NCBI GenBank assembly: GCA_054600435.1
Contig: BAAIJX010000012.1
Location: 1 to 64,000 of the forward strand
Direction of reading: 5' to 3'
DNA length: 64,000 nucleotides
Source of the DNA: Neophaeotheca triangularis
Taxonomy: Eukaryota
The position numbers and the translations under genes were made by a program. Below are positions 1-12,821 of this stretch, piece by piece (within the stretch, counting starts at the first letter, position 1; every line of letters begins with the position of its first letter). The notes under the pieces were generated by a model. It had not been told where the DNA came from and did not search any database. It worked only from the letters and a program-made list of their open reading frames with translations.

Positions 1-18
1 TTTTTAAATATTTCACAA

Positions 19-42
19 CCCCCCCCCCCCCCCCCCCCCCCC
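19..42. repeat. poly(C) homopolymer (24 nt)
   Basis: Read directly from the sequence. Confidence 0.95.
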
Positions 43-112
43 TTGGCGAGCTATCCAACGCCATCACCCCCGGTCACTAGCATTCAAGTACTCGTGTGGA
101 TGACTCACTTAC

Positions 113-3100
113 TCACTCCCTCCACGCACCCCCCTCACCCCCTTCAACCCTCTCCCTCTCCTCGCCAATCAGCCGCTGCAATTTACGCATCTGCACAAAA
201 GCCGCATCCCGCTCACTCTGCAACTCTGCAACCTCGTACTGGCTGACATTGACCCTCTCAACCACGCTCTGCATGTCCTCCTCAGCCTCGCGGAGCAGGA
301 CTTCCAGCTCGCGAACTTTCTTTCGCAGGGCTTGCGTCTGACTGACGTCGAGGAGGTGGCTTTCCGTTAGCGGGGTTTTAGAGCGAGGGATGCGTTGTGA
401 TGTTGTTCCTGCCGAGGAGCCGGCGGAGCTGGGTGTGCGGCTGCCTCCCGGTACGATGCCGAGCTTGGGGGACTTTTGGTGGAAGATTGGGGAAGCGGTG
501 GCGGGGGAGAGGCGTGAGGCGTCGGGGATGGTGACGTGTAAGCGCTCGAGCGAGAGGGAAGAGGCTTCTTCTAGTCGGCGGGCTTCAGCTTCGTTCTCAG
601 AGAGAGTGTGCTCGCTGTGTTGTTGCGCCGCGAGCACGGCGTGTTCCATTTCTGCTAAGCGTTTTTGCATTTCACCGATCTGTCGGGTCGAGTGTTTTTG
701 CTCGCGCTCGCCTTTTGAGACAGCCTTGGCTAGGCGTTCGCGGAGCTGGTGGTTGGCTTGGACTTGCTTTTCGAGCTCTTCGGCAAGATCGTCCATGTGG
801 TTCGCGGAGTCGAAGAGGCGGGTCACAGCTTCCGGTTGAGGGGCGTCGGAGTCGGAGGAGCTGGTCTCTTGCATACTAAGAGCGCGCTGACGGTAAGACT
901 CGGCTATCTGTCTGGCCTGATCTCGCTCCGTCTCTGCAACAGATATGCTTAGTCGTAAGTGTCCGTCAGCACTGGTGGTGGACATGCCACTGTTGCGTAG
1001 TTCGCCTGCTAGTGTCTTCGCACTGGGAGCGAGTATGTCTTGATCTTGAAGTAAGATGCGCAACTCGCGAGTTTCTTGATCGGCGCGATCCAAGTCCATT
1101 TTGATACCACCGAGACTCTTTTCGTACTGCCACTTCTGGTCGAGAGCATCTTCGGTTCGTTTGCGGAGCGTTGCGACCTCATCCTTGAGACAGGACACTT
1201 CTCGCTGGTAGCCTCCTTTCTTTGGGTTAACTAACAGCGCAGACTCATTCGCAGCCGTCAACTTCTTCATAGCGCGCTGGTGATCTTTTTGTTGCTTTTC
1301 ATATCGCGCAATGAGCAACTTCAAAGCCTTGTGTAGAGCGTCCCTCTGGTCCTCGATATCTTTCACGCCTTCAGAATTGACTCTCTCCGGGCCCAGGGTA
1401 GGGCTGTGGGTGACTGAGCCTGAGCGCTGTCTGCTTCCTCCCTCTTTGACTGAGCTAGAACGTGATATAGAACCCGCACGCTTCAAGCTCGAGCTTCTAG
1501 CAAGCGAGCCGGATCGCGCGAGACCCATTCTAGGCCCTTGAGTAGGTGAGGCGATTGTGTCGCTTTCTTCAGCGATGCTGTCGAAACGTGATTGACTTGC
1601 GTCACCCACTGTCTGCTGGGACAATTGTTCCCGCAGTGTCACCAACTCCTGTTGCATCCGTGAGTTTTCGTACATGAGGGACTGCATATCCGCGACCTGA
1701 GCCTCCAAACCGTCCGCTTTGGATTTTAGTCGCGGCACAACTTCATCCCTGAGGTTATCACGCTCGTCTCGGTGTTGCTTCAGTTCTTGCTTCAGGGCTG
1801 TGAACATGTCCTCGAAATTGTCCTTTGCCTGCTTTTCCTGCCCTAAGCGTCTCCTAGTCTCGTCCAGGTTAGATTCAAGCTCTTCTATGCGTTCCTCAGC
1901 TTCCGCATGGCCATCGCCTGACCGCTTTTGCAGCTGTTCTTCCAAATCTTGTATCAATTGTTCCAATTCGCGCCTCCTGCCAAGCTCAGTCTGTAGCCTC
2001 TGCGCCATCTCAACTTTAACATTCGCCTTTTCTTGCTCTGCCTTTCTTCTCAGCCTCTCAATCTCTTCGATCCGAGCATCAGGGTCAGCAACAGGGTATC
2101 TGCCAGAGCTGGCGCCCGAGTCAGAGAAGTAATCGCTTGACCGGCGGCCCACATCTGAAGCAGGTCGTGGCGCTGTCTCCGCTTCCAGCTTCATACGGTC
2201 GAGCTCGTCCTCCAACTCCATCTCACGTCGAATAGACCCTGCCAACTCGGAACTGACCTGCGATAGTTCCCTCTCCAATGCCTCGACGTGGGCATTGCTC
2301 TGAGGAGTTCCCAGCAACAGAGGTGCCTCGGGATTGTCGAAATAATGAGTGGCTTGATTGTTAGCCTTGTGGACATCAAGCCCGGGCGGTGTCAAGCGAG
2401 CCTGGGTGACTACACCGTCCATGGTAGACTTAGGGAGCCCTGGAGAGGGCAATGGCGATAGCGATCTGTCTGAAAATGTCGTTGTAGGGGAGTCTGTCCC
2501 CCCAGCATGCGAGGAAGACTTCCACCCAAAGAAGGCGCCCAAGCCTCGAACAGGCGACTTTGACCTCTTCTCGTTCACGGTGGGAGACCCAGTACTACTG
2601 CTTAACGACTCATCTGTGAGTGTCCTCTGTACCCCATCAAGTTGCAATGTCATAGAAGGTGCCTGCTTGTTCGCGCTCATTAACTGCCGACTTTCCACGC
2701 TATTTCTGTGACTATGCGAGTAGTCGTTGGAAGGCTCTGTGCTCGACGCAGAGGCTCGAACAGTATGGGAGTCCGTTGGACCTCTAGCATACTGCGGCCG
2801 GAGGGGTATACTAGAGCGTCTGGACGAGCGGCGCGAGACTGTCGCTTCCGAGTCTGCTGTGCGGGCGTCCAGGGAGGATTCGCGTTCGGGTAACGTTGGC
2901 GTGACTGGGTTGGAGAGCCTGAGAATGTTCAGTCAGTTCATGCGGCTTTGCGATCACCGGGCAAGTCCGTCCTACTTGTCTTGTCCTCTCGGGAGCTCTT
3001 CAGTCAGTGGTGGAGACAACACGCCTGCTTGGCCGTTTGGCTGCTGAGGCAATGGGCTTCCTAGCGAGATTGGCCTGTCCCGTGGTGTAGCAGCTTTTGG

Positions 3101-3427
3101 GGAACTGATGCCGAGGTGGAAGGAGTTGGCACGGGGAGACGCAAAGGCAGAGCTTGACCGTAATCGCGCTGCCGCCGGGGACGCCAACGGTATGCTCGAT
3201 GTCTGCGACTTGAATGCCGAGAACGAAGGCACGGAGATGTGGGCAAGAGAAGTCTGCTTCCTTACTTGCGCGCTTCGGGGTTCGCCTGAGGCTGGAATGG
3301 CGTTCGAGGAATAGGTCGCGTTGACGTTCGACGTGGGACGAGAGTCTGAGTTGGCGTGTGAAGGGGTGTCGTACTCGGCGTAAAGCATCGAGTAGTCGTC
3401 CGCGTAGGACGAAGCTCTAGAGTGCAT
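113..3427 (-). CDS. Long coiled-coil protein of unknown function with Ser/Pro-rich disordered N-terminus; 2 exons (3427-2976, 2918-113)
   Basis: ORFs 2972..3523 and 113..2698 join in frame across a 57-nt intron 2919-2975 (GTAGGA...ACTGAC...CAG) that removes an in-frame TAG. First ATG is at 3427 (MHSRASSY). Heptad-rich E/L/R/Q segments. Confidence 0.8.
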
Positions 3428-5449
3428 GGCGGGCAGAGATAGGCGATTGCGCTCAAGCACACCTTCGAGGCGAAGGGGTGGGATCGGGAGAGGTTGAGCA
3501 AGGTTGGCCGAGACCACTACCACTGAAGCGGTTACGGTCCGGGAACGGTGGCAGAAGCGATGAGGATGTGGGAAGCCAAAAGAGAGACAAGATCGATGCT
3601 TGGCGGGTCGCGTCGTTCAAGGAGTAGTGATAGGCATGCTGCTGTACCCAAAAGAGAGATAGGACAACCGCAAAAGGACAAGAGCGTAGTGAGGGTGAGG
3701 AGGCTTGTTCCGGACCCAACCAGACCCTTGAGCCCAAGCTCTTTGATGAATATTGTTATTACCGCGATTCACGACAGCGGCGCGTGCGCTCAGAAGGGGT
3801 TGGGGGGAGAAGGAGGTACGCGTTGCCTCGAGGTGAGAGATGCGAGAAGGAGGGGGGGTGATGCGCGGAGCACGTATTCCAAACCCAGGTACCAAAGAGC
3901 AAGACGAGTGAAGGATTGTTGTTGTGATTACTGGCCGTGGCAGTAGTCTCTTGGTTGTGTTGCGTCCAACACGCGATCACTATCCAAGCAGGGCACGGTA
4001 AAGGGTTCGCGGTCAGTAGGGTGACTTTACTAGTAAAGGTAACTTAAGGTAGCAGGGAGAGGTCCAGTCCAGGTTTGCCGATCGACGCCAGGGATGCTAG
4101 CCTCAATCATCTCCAGACGGCGGGCCTTTCTTGGCAACTGTAGTTCTGCGCCTACTGCAGGAACGACGCTGATTGGCTTTCCTAGCGGCTACAGACGTGG
4201 ATTCTTCAGGATGGATCAAAAAGGGGTTTCAACTCGTCAGGCAACTTCCACTGTGATAGCAGTTGAATACAGCCGAGGCCATTGTAAGGATAGTTGCAAG
4301 TTGCCATATTGCGAGGTTTCGAGATTGAGTGACATGAACACCCATCAACACAACGTGCTTTTGCACCACCACACACGCGAAAAGGCTGAACATGACATGG
4401 CTGCAAGCCTCTGTGCTACTACACATCAGTAGCGACTGTACAAGCATACAGCGGTCAAAATACCATTGAACCACAAAACCTACTCCAAGCCTTCCTCTTC
4501 GCCCTTTTTCGGCCCACCCCCATTCGTCGGTTTTTTCACGTCCTTCGTCGAACCTTTCACTACCTTGTAGACCAAGCTTTCTCATCTAACTCGGTGCAAG
4601 GCACAAGTGGCTGCCAGACGTATTGTTTCGACAATCAGCATGCAACAATAGATGTCTCCCAAAGGACTCGCGAGCGGTCAGTCTCGTCAAGCGCACCATA
4701 ATTCTTTGCTTGGGCGCCGAAGGTTGTCTTCAAAGCGAAAGCGAACTCCTTGTAGTTCGAGGACCTAGGCATATCGTGGCACCATTTCTCGCACATGCAC
4801 GCCCTCGTATCTGAGAACCCCACAAGCGACAAGCAGGCGACTGCCCTCCTCGCAGCACTCTAAGTGCGATTCACCTATGCCATCAACTCGTATGGCTTTC
4901 GTTGAGCGTAAGCTGTCGTAAAACAGGTTGAATCGTTCACCAACGACCCCGTTCCGCTGCATCGGCAGCGGAAGACATCGAAAGGAACCACCGAAAATGC
5001 AGGTGTGTTGGCCACGATGACAGTTCGTAAACCACAGAAGCTGTATGCAATATTCGAGCAGAGTCTCTCGTCGTAGAGCAGATCCAGGTAGTCGTTCGCT
5101 TCTTACGCACCTCAAATCCGGACTGCACCTACAAAATGGCATAACGGGTTAGCTCTCTCAGCTGACTTGGCTCATAGCCGTCAGATCGGGTTGCGGCGAA
5201 AATTAGGTCCCATGCTCTTTCGTTGCTGGCTGTTGACCGCTGAAACCACGAGCATGCTCCTACGTCGCGCCAGCCATGTCGATCAACTCCTCTTTTGCAG
5301 CATCAGATGCACTTCAAGACCTTTAAGCCGTCAGTCGCAACATCCCCCGCCCAACGAACCCAAGTGTAACTCACTCATAAAACCTCCTTCCAGTGCAATG
5401 CGTGCAATCTTGTCCGCAAGCCTGCGTGCTTATGACGGACAAACCACCC

Positions 5450-6160
5450 CTAACTCAACCTAGCAAGATACCCCTGTTGAATCAACCTCTCCACATCCCC
5501 CAACCTCACAAAAAACTGGCTATTCCTCGTCAAAACCACACTCCCATACTCGGTCTGAATCTCCCCGGCATCCCTCAACACTCTCACATCCACAAATACA
5601 TCCCTCGGCGGCTCCAAACTACCCGTCAAATCCACATCGCTCCATTGGCCCTTGTACGCAGCTAGCAAATCCGAGAACTGATGCGCGTATTGCTCTTCTT
5701 CGGCGCTGAGGCTGCTGTTGTTGTTGTTGTTGCTGCCGCCGGCCGAGGCGGTGGTGTCGGGTTGGCGTGAAGCGGGCGTCGAGGTTTGGGGAGTGTCCAG
5801 CACATCCACGCCCGCCCAGGCGAGTTGTTCGAGCTTTTCCACGCGAGCGCGGTGGTAGGCGAGGAGACAGCGCTTGTTCCTGCGCATGCTTAGGTGGTTG
5901 ACGAGCAGGGAGCAGGCGGTTGCGGGGTCTTCGGCGGGGTTGAAGGAGCTTTTGATTTGCGTGGTGCTGCTGCTGGATTGGGTGTTGGTGGTGTCATTGC
6001 TGCTGCTGTACGGCTCGAGGAGGGCTGATACGTCACGGTCGAGGTCCCGGACTTCTTTTGTCACTGCGCGGACGTGGGTTGCGGCGTAGGGTGGCAGGTT
6101 GGGGAGGGTTTGGATGCGTTTGGCGTCGAGGACTAGTTTGTTGGCTTGTTCGCCGTACAT
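5450..6160 (-). CDS. PSF1: GINS complex subunit Psf1
   Basis: MYGE..NKLV start, RRNKRCLLAYH, DLTGSLEPPRDVFVDVRVLRDAGEIQTEYG and C-terminal VERLIQQGYL motifs; single exon. Confidence 0.96.
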   Translation of the reverse strand: MYGEQANKLVLDAKRIQTLPNLPPYAATHVRAVTKEVRDLDRDVSALLEPYSSSNDTTNTQSSSSTTQIKSSFNPAEDPATACSLLVNHLSMRRNKRCLLAYHRARVEKLEQLAWAGVDVLDTPQTSTPASRQPDTTASAGGSNNNNNSSLSAEEEQYAHQFSDLLAAYKGQWSDVDLTGSLEPPRDVFVDVRVLRDAGEIQTEYGSVVLTRNSQFFVRLGDVERLIQQGYLARLS

Positions 6161-6619
6161 GTTGTTGTTGTAATGCTGTCGTAGCTGGACGATTAATGTA
6201 ATCGAAGAGCTGAGGTGCAGGGGAGGTAAGGTAAGTAAGGTAAGTACTCCGTTGAAGTGGGGTTGGTGGACGCGACCTGGAACGCGTTCGTTTGGTGGGG
6301 CTTCAACTGATATTCATTGGGGCTTTATCAAGTCGGGCAGACTTCAAGCTCCTACGATATAAGCTATCGAGACCACATTGATTTCTGAATCCTTCTCAGT
6401 AGAGCCATGTGGTGTTTCCGGCACAACCCACGATGTCTCATGGCATCCTTCTTACAGCGATTCTGCCGTATGTTCGCTGGCCTCTAAATGCCTCAAGAAC
6501 CAACTTTAGGGATTTCGTCCCAGATTTGCCAGGGCTCAGGGACCAACATCAAATTGATGTTAACGCAACACACAACGCTCCCAGCATCTCACCTCCCCCC
6601 ATCCCATAGAATTGCCCGC

Positions 6620-9012
6620 CTACCACTCCGTCCCATCCTCCCCGTGCTTAAGCCTCTCAATCTGCATAACCAACCTCTTCTTCAAAACAGCACCGACGAC
6701 CCTCCCCGTGCCCTCCTCAGTAACCAAACAATGCCTCAAGCCCAACTTCCCAAAAAGCTCGGCGGCATACTCCAAAGGCGCTTTAGCGCAAATAGTCATG
6801 GGTGTCCGATCCACAAAACTCGACAGATCCATCTCCCCTTCGTCTCCGGTGCCTAGCAGTCTCACATCCGCATCGGCCGGGTAGACTTTTCCCAGCTCGC
6901 TGAGCCCAAAGTCCAGCTCGCCTTCCGCGATGTAGCCTTGCAGCATCGAGTCCCCTTGCACCAACACCAAGCCCGCGTCCATTAAGCCGCGGGCTTTGAG
7001 TTGCGAGAGCTTCGTCGCGAGCACGTGGCGGGGGACTTTGTTGCTCTTGGGTACTTGCACCGTGATCTCGTCCATAGTGCGTCGCGGAGGTACAATGTCC
7101 TCGACCAGCATGCGCGAGCGCTGGATCATGGCCATAGTGGCGTCGAGGTCTAGAAAGGGGTGTCCTAGCACGGATTGCGCGAGGTCGTAGACGCCTTCGC
7201 GGCTGAGCGCGTCGGCGGTCCATTTGGCCACGAGGATGGCGATCATGTGCGGCACGATGTACTCGAGCTCGCCGGTGAGCTCGAACATGACAACGCAGAG
7301 GGAGATGGTCATGCGGGAGACGCCGGCGAGAAAGGCACCAGCGCCGACCATGGCGAAGATGCCTGGGGAGATGGAGCCGACTGCTTGGCCGACCAGACGA
7401 CCGAAGAGGGCGCCGCCTCCGAGGGCCGGGACGATGATGCCCGAGGGCACTTTGATGCCGAAAGAGATGATGGTTAGGAGGAGCTTGCCCAGTGTGCCGT
7501 ACACGAGGAAGCCGATGTATTTAGAATCCCATTGCGCTTCGCTGCGGCATACGTAGGTGTCCTGCGATGCAGGATTGCGACAGTCCACGAGCAGGTTCTT
7601 GATGAGGCTGTCGCCGGGTTCTCTGACGAGGGGGTTCGGAAACTGCACGAGTGCTGTTACTGCAGTCACTAGTGCTACTTCGAGGACTGGGTTGTTCGCA
7701 ATGATGGAGAAGCTTCGAAACCAGACCGTCCAGTAATAGTTGGCCTTGCTGAAGGCGCCTCCCCAAAGCCCCCCTGCAATACCTAGGAGTACGAAGACGA
7801 GGTAGTGTATTGGCGCGTATGAAGTGCCGTAGTCGGTCTCGTAGAGTGCAAGCTTGCCTGTGCCATGCGGGTTCAGGGCTTTCAAGACCATTGCGCCGCA
7901 CAACGAACACAGAAAAGCCCGCCATAATACCTTTTTGGGGAAGTAGGTTGAGATTTCCTCATAACTGAAAAGCACGCCTCCTATCGGTGCGCCAAACGCC
8001 ACACTAATGCCAGCCGCAGAGCCCACGGACAGCATTTCCCGCATCTTACGACCATTGTACTTGTAATTAGGGAGCCGTGAGGCCACCAGGTAGGCCACGC
8101 TTGTAGCAATGTGAATGAAGGGACCCTCTTTACCCAGGGATAATCCAGATCCCACGGCAAAGACTGCCCCTATCGCTTTAACGACGAGCACTTTGAAGTC
8201 AAGGTAGCCCGGTATAACGAAGCCGCTGAGTATTGTCTTAATCTCTGGAATGCCGCTACCAGCAGCCATGTAGAGGGTCTTGCCCTCGGCTACCGGGGCA
8301 CCCGGACGTGCAAACAGATGTTTGTGACCGGTTCCCGGGGCGGTCGCAGGCAATGCGCCTTTCGTGAACAAGGTAACAATACAACCAACAGTCGCAAATA
8401 GGACGGCAAATGCGCCGTAAATTGCAAAGCGTGGGCCATAGTCGGTAGACCACTCGTGAAAAGCCTCGCAAGTATCTTCGAAGCCACCAGCGGGCGAGGT
8501 GATGGTGACAAAAGGTGTTTTTCCCCTGCAGCACATTTCCCGGTTGGCGAAGTGATTGTCGGTGCAATACCCTATCTTCCAATCATTGACGGTGGCCTCG
8601 CATAGGTCGACTAGAAAGGCGACAAACGCCGTGAGACACCCCATTAACGCAGCCGCTATCCATCCATCGGCTTTATCGAGGAGCCCGATGAGCTTGTACC
8701 GCAGCCCTTTGCGGTTGTGGACCGTACGTAGGCGATATGAGTCTTTGACCTGAGCGGGCACAGTATCAGCTAGATTTCTTAGCTTTATGGGGGGGTAAAG
8801 ACTACCAAGTCGTGGAGCCAATCGATTGTGGTGTAGTTGTTGTACGGCAGACGCTCGCCGATAGAGCTCGTAGCCATCTCCTGCTCTTCCTTTGTGACAT
8901 GGCTCTTGATGATGCTGTCGGCTTCCTCGTCCCGGCCAGCGGGTTCGTTGAATCGTGTGCTGTCCTGAGCGCCGTCGAGTAAAGGGCTTCGTTCGTCGTG
9001 ATCGCCAGACAT
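6620..9012 (-). CDS. CLC-family chloride/proton antiporter with C-terminal CBS region; 2 exons (9012-8806, 8749-6620)
   Basis: GSGIPE, GKEGP (gating Glu) and FSYEE (proton Glu) motifs; many TM segments. Intron 8750-8805 (GTAGTC...GCTGAT...CAG) restores TIDWLHDL|VKDS. Confidence 0.93.
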
Positions 9013-9890
9013 GTCGTCGCCTCTCGTCTCCAGGTCGCAGTCGCTGCTGAAGAAGCGAATGGCAACAAGGCTCACCGGGAGTTGTCTAAGCCAGTACTAG
9101 TCGTCTTAAGTTGGAAGAGAAGCCGAGCTGCCATGATACTGCGCCTTGCCGATGCATCGATTCGCTGTGCCCAACGCAAGGTCGAGTCGAGAGGGGTTGG
9201 TTGCGGCGAGGCGAGATAAGCACTTGGGGGACCTAGTCTAGTACAGTCGGTACCTTATCTACAGTAGGTAGGTACCTACCTTACCTAGCATGTACTTACT
9301 TATTATCCTGCTGACTCAGGCATTTCGTTTCAATCGACCCGTGGACGCCATAAAGAACGATGCTGAACTCTTTTGAGCCTGGAAATAGAGGTCAATGATA
9401 TAGGGCCCAGGCGAAGCACTACACAGTACTTTAAGATGGTCGTGATCAGCCGGTCTCCAAATGGCAACAGGTCACGGTGGAAAGCCAGCTCTACAGACTC
9501 GCCGGCGCTCGCGATGAGACTTGCCGCGGTAACTTGTCGTCAAGAATCTATTCAGGTTCCCAGCGTGAAGGGAAAATGGCAAGATGATGTCGACGTCGAC
9601 GCTGCTATCCCGGCGTGACTCGCAATCCAAATACCGGGCTGGGAGGCTGGATAGCTGCTATATCAAATCCAATGCCCGTGTAAGTTAGGCTTGTCGAACT
9701 CAAAGCGTGCATCCGTTTGCCTTTTCGCACTTATTGTTCTAGTGGGCACACTGTACAGTAGTACTAGTCTGTATGTACATAGTAGCCATCACGTCTAGTT
9801 GTTAGGTACAAGTAGCAAGTTGCGCTAGGAAATGCTGGTTCGTCGCTAAGAAGAGGCTAGGTCAAGCAAAAGGTGAAGAGTGAAGGTGTA

Positions 9891-10093
9891 GAGGGAGAGG
9901 GAGAGAGGGAGAGAAAGAGAGAGAGAGAGAGGGGTGAGACTCATCACAGGCCAGACTCCCGAGTCCCGTCTCATCAGTCGGCCAGTCCTCTCGTCGTCCC
10001 ACTATCGCATCCCACTATATTCTACCTGTATTTGTATTAATATTAATATTATTGTTATTGTTATTATTGTTATTATTTTTATTATTATTATTA
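9891..10093. repeat. (GA)n tract (~9891-9931) and (TAT/TTG)n tract (~10034-10093) upstream of the ethanolamine kinase
   Basis: Read directly from the sequence; boundaries approximate. Confidence 0.85.
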
Positions 10094-10462
10094 TCAGGCC
10101 GTAGGCTGTATACCTTAGTGTGTAGGAGGTACCCACTACTACCGGACCCTTCCAGTGATTCCACCAGCCGGAGAGAGAGAGGCCAGACATGCCGAACTTC
10201 CCTCGTCCTGTCGAAACATCCCAGGTCGCAGCCCATTCTTTGTTTTTGACTCCCCTCTCTCCTATTCACTTGTCCTTTCCCCTATATCCCACCTCACCTC
10301 TATACCCAGCTTAATCCTCCATTCCTTTTTCTTTCTGGAAGCCGCCCCCAACGGTCCGCGCAAGTTCGCGCCTCCTCGCAAAAACACAGAATCCTTAGCT
10401 CCATATCATGCCAAGCGGCCCAATACTGCAACAACAACAACACTCCAACCCTTCCCCGCGCC

Positions 10463-11728
10463 ATGTCCTCACCAGGCACCCTCGACCGAGCAGACTCGCC
10501 AATGTCCATCCGTCACATTCCTCTCACATTCGATAATGCCGACATTGATACTTCGGCCAGAGAGTTGGTCCTGGCTCTGGCACCGGAGTGGGATGAGAGC
10601 CCAGGCCCAATTGAGTTGAAGAGATTCACCGACGGCATCACAAACACCCTGACAAAGGCTACCAAGAAAAGGCCCGGCCAGACGCAATCCGAGGCCGATC
10701 AGGAGGCGGTACTGTTGAGAGCGTTCGGCAAGGGGACTGACGTTTTGATCAACCGCCAGCGGGAGCTCAAGGCACACACCCTGCTAGCGAGTCGGGGCAT
10801 GGCACCCCCTTTACTGGCGAGATTCGACAATGGCTTAATGTACAGGTATACCGAGGGCGATGTGTGCTCTTACGAAGACTTGCGACAACCCGAAATCTAC
10901 CACTCCGTCGCCGAACGCCTGGGACAATGGCACGGCAGCCTGCCCATTTCCTCCCTGCTGAGCAAAGACCAAAAAATCAACTTCCCCCTGGCCAAAGACG
11001 GCCGGGAACCCTCGCCGAAACCTAACATGTGGTGGGTGACCCAGCAATGGATCGAAGCCCTCCCCACCAACACAGACCAGGAGCGGTCGCGCGTCGCAAC
11101 CCTTCGCGCTGAACTCGATTGGCTTGTCGAACACCTCAGCTCCTCTTCCGGCCTCGACGGCGAAGAATACGTCTTCTGCCACTGCGACCTCCTCTGCGGC
11201 AACGTCATCGTCCAACGCCCAAACGCCTCCAACGAAGCCCAACCCCCCGAAACCAGCTCTCCCTCCTCCAAACGCCCCCGCTACCCCGTAACCTTTATCG
11301 ACTACGAATACGCCGCCCCCGCTCCCGCCGCCTTCGACATCGCCAACCACTTCGCCGAATGGGCGGGCTACGACTGCGACCATGCGGGCGTCCCGACCAA
11401 ATCCCAACGCCGCGACTTCCTCAAATCCTACATAGCATCCTACCGCTGCAACCAGATTTCCGAAACCTCCGGGCTCGTGGAAGTCGAACCTTCCAAGGAC
11501 GTCGAGCACCTGTACCGGCAGGTGGACCTCTTCCGCGGTGTCCCGGGCTTCTACTGGGGCATCTGGGCCCTCATACAGGCAACCATCAGCCAGATCGACT
11601 TTGACTATGCCAGTTATGCTGAGATCCGGCTGGGAGAGTATTGGGGATGGAAAGCGGAGTTGGATGGTTCGCGCGAGAGGCAAGGGCGGGAGATGACGGT
11701 CCGAGAGCGCAGGTGGGCGGAAGAATGA
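10463..11728 (+). CDS. EKI1: Ethanolamine/choline kinase
   Basis: FTDGITN, LLARFDNG, Brenner motif FCHCDLLCGNV and choline-kinase motif FIDYEYA..AFDIANHFAEW; single exon. Confidence 0.92.
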   Translation: MSSPGTLDRADSPMSIRHIPLTFDNADIDTSARELVLALAPEWDESPGPIELKRFTDGITNTLTKATKKRPGQTQSEADQEAVLLRAFGKGTDVLINRQRELKAHTLLASRGMAPPLLARFDNGLMYRYTEGDVCSYEDLRQPEIYHSVAERLGQWHGSLPISSLLSKDQKINFPLAKDGREPSPKPNMWWVTQQWIEALPTNTDQERSRVATLRAELDWLVEHLSSSSGLDGEEYVFCHCDLLCGNVIVQRPNASNEAQPPETSSPSSKRPRYPVTFIDYEYAAPAPAAFDIANHFAEWAGYDCDHAGVPTKSQRRDFLKSYIASYRCNQISETSGLVEVEPSKDVEHLYRQVDLFRGVPGFYWGIWALIQATISQIDFDYASYAEIRLGEYWGWKAELDGSRERQGREMTVRERRWAEE

Positions 11729-12821
11729 AAAAGGCGTCTAGACAATCTTTCGAGCGTCTGGTTACAGCGGGGAGATTTTGGGTTTTCACATGAGGTGTTT
11801 TTGCATAGGGCTAGGGCATGGAATGGAATCGAGCGGCTGGCCGCTCTTCAACAGGCGTGCGTGGTGGCCGCGTTGATGTCGACGAATACCTCCTTACTAT
11901 TGACGGAGAAAAAGAGAAGGGTTCGACGCTTGCGAGGGGCGTTTGTTAGGAACCATTGTTGTTGAGAGGGCACTTATTTTTTTTTTATCTTAAGAAACGA
12001 TTACACGGTCCGTCGACTACATGGCTACAGGCTAAGGGGGAAGAAGAAGACGGCACGGCTTGGGCCCCGAAAAACAGACATACGCAAAAGTTGGCAAGGG
12101 AATGGGGAGGGGCGGTGGGAGAAGGAGTAGAGAATGGATTGGGGGAGGGTGGCCGTTGTTTCCCCATCATGTTCACGGTTTTCCTTTTTTTTCATTGTTG
12201 GCCATTGTTGTGGGTTGAAGTTCATTCTCAATCGACAATTCAACATGTGACGATACCCAGTGGTTTCCGCGCCTAGATATGAAGGAAGGGAGGGAAGTGG
12301 CTTGGGCGGAACTACTCTGCGAAAAGAAAGAAAAAAACCATTCTAGTTGGAAAAGCGAGCTCGATTTTCTTCCTTTGTTTCTTTTGCTCATGATCTAGCT
12401 AGCTAGCAAGCCAGCCACTAGCCACTCACTCTCTTTACGAGGATGGGGAGACTGATGTCGTTCTCCTGTCCTCGAGGGCTTCCGAGGTGCGTTTTGCGAC
12501 GCTTGCTCTGCCGCTGCCTGCGTTTTCTTCCACCTCCGTGCCGTGCCTTGGCCGACGCCTGTGGTCGGGGAGCTTTCGGTATCTTTGCCGTCAACCGTCG
12601 CCTTCGCACTGGAACACGAACTGACAAACCACTCCATCCTCAACGCGTCAATCTAGTGTAGTGCACAATCCCCTACGTGTAACGGGCAATCCACAACCAA
12701 ACCCCCCACCCCAAATCAAAGAAATTTTCAAAGCACCACTCAAACTCTCCTGCTGCATTGCCCAACCAACCCACCCCTTCCCCTCCCATCGTCATCATCA
12801 TCATCACCATCATCAAAAGAC

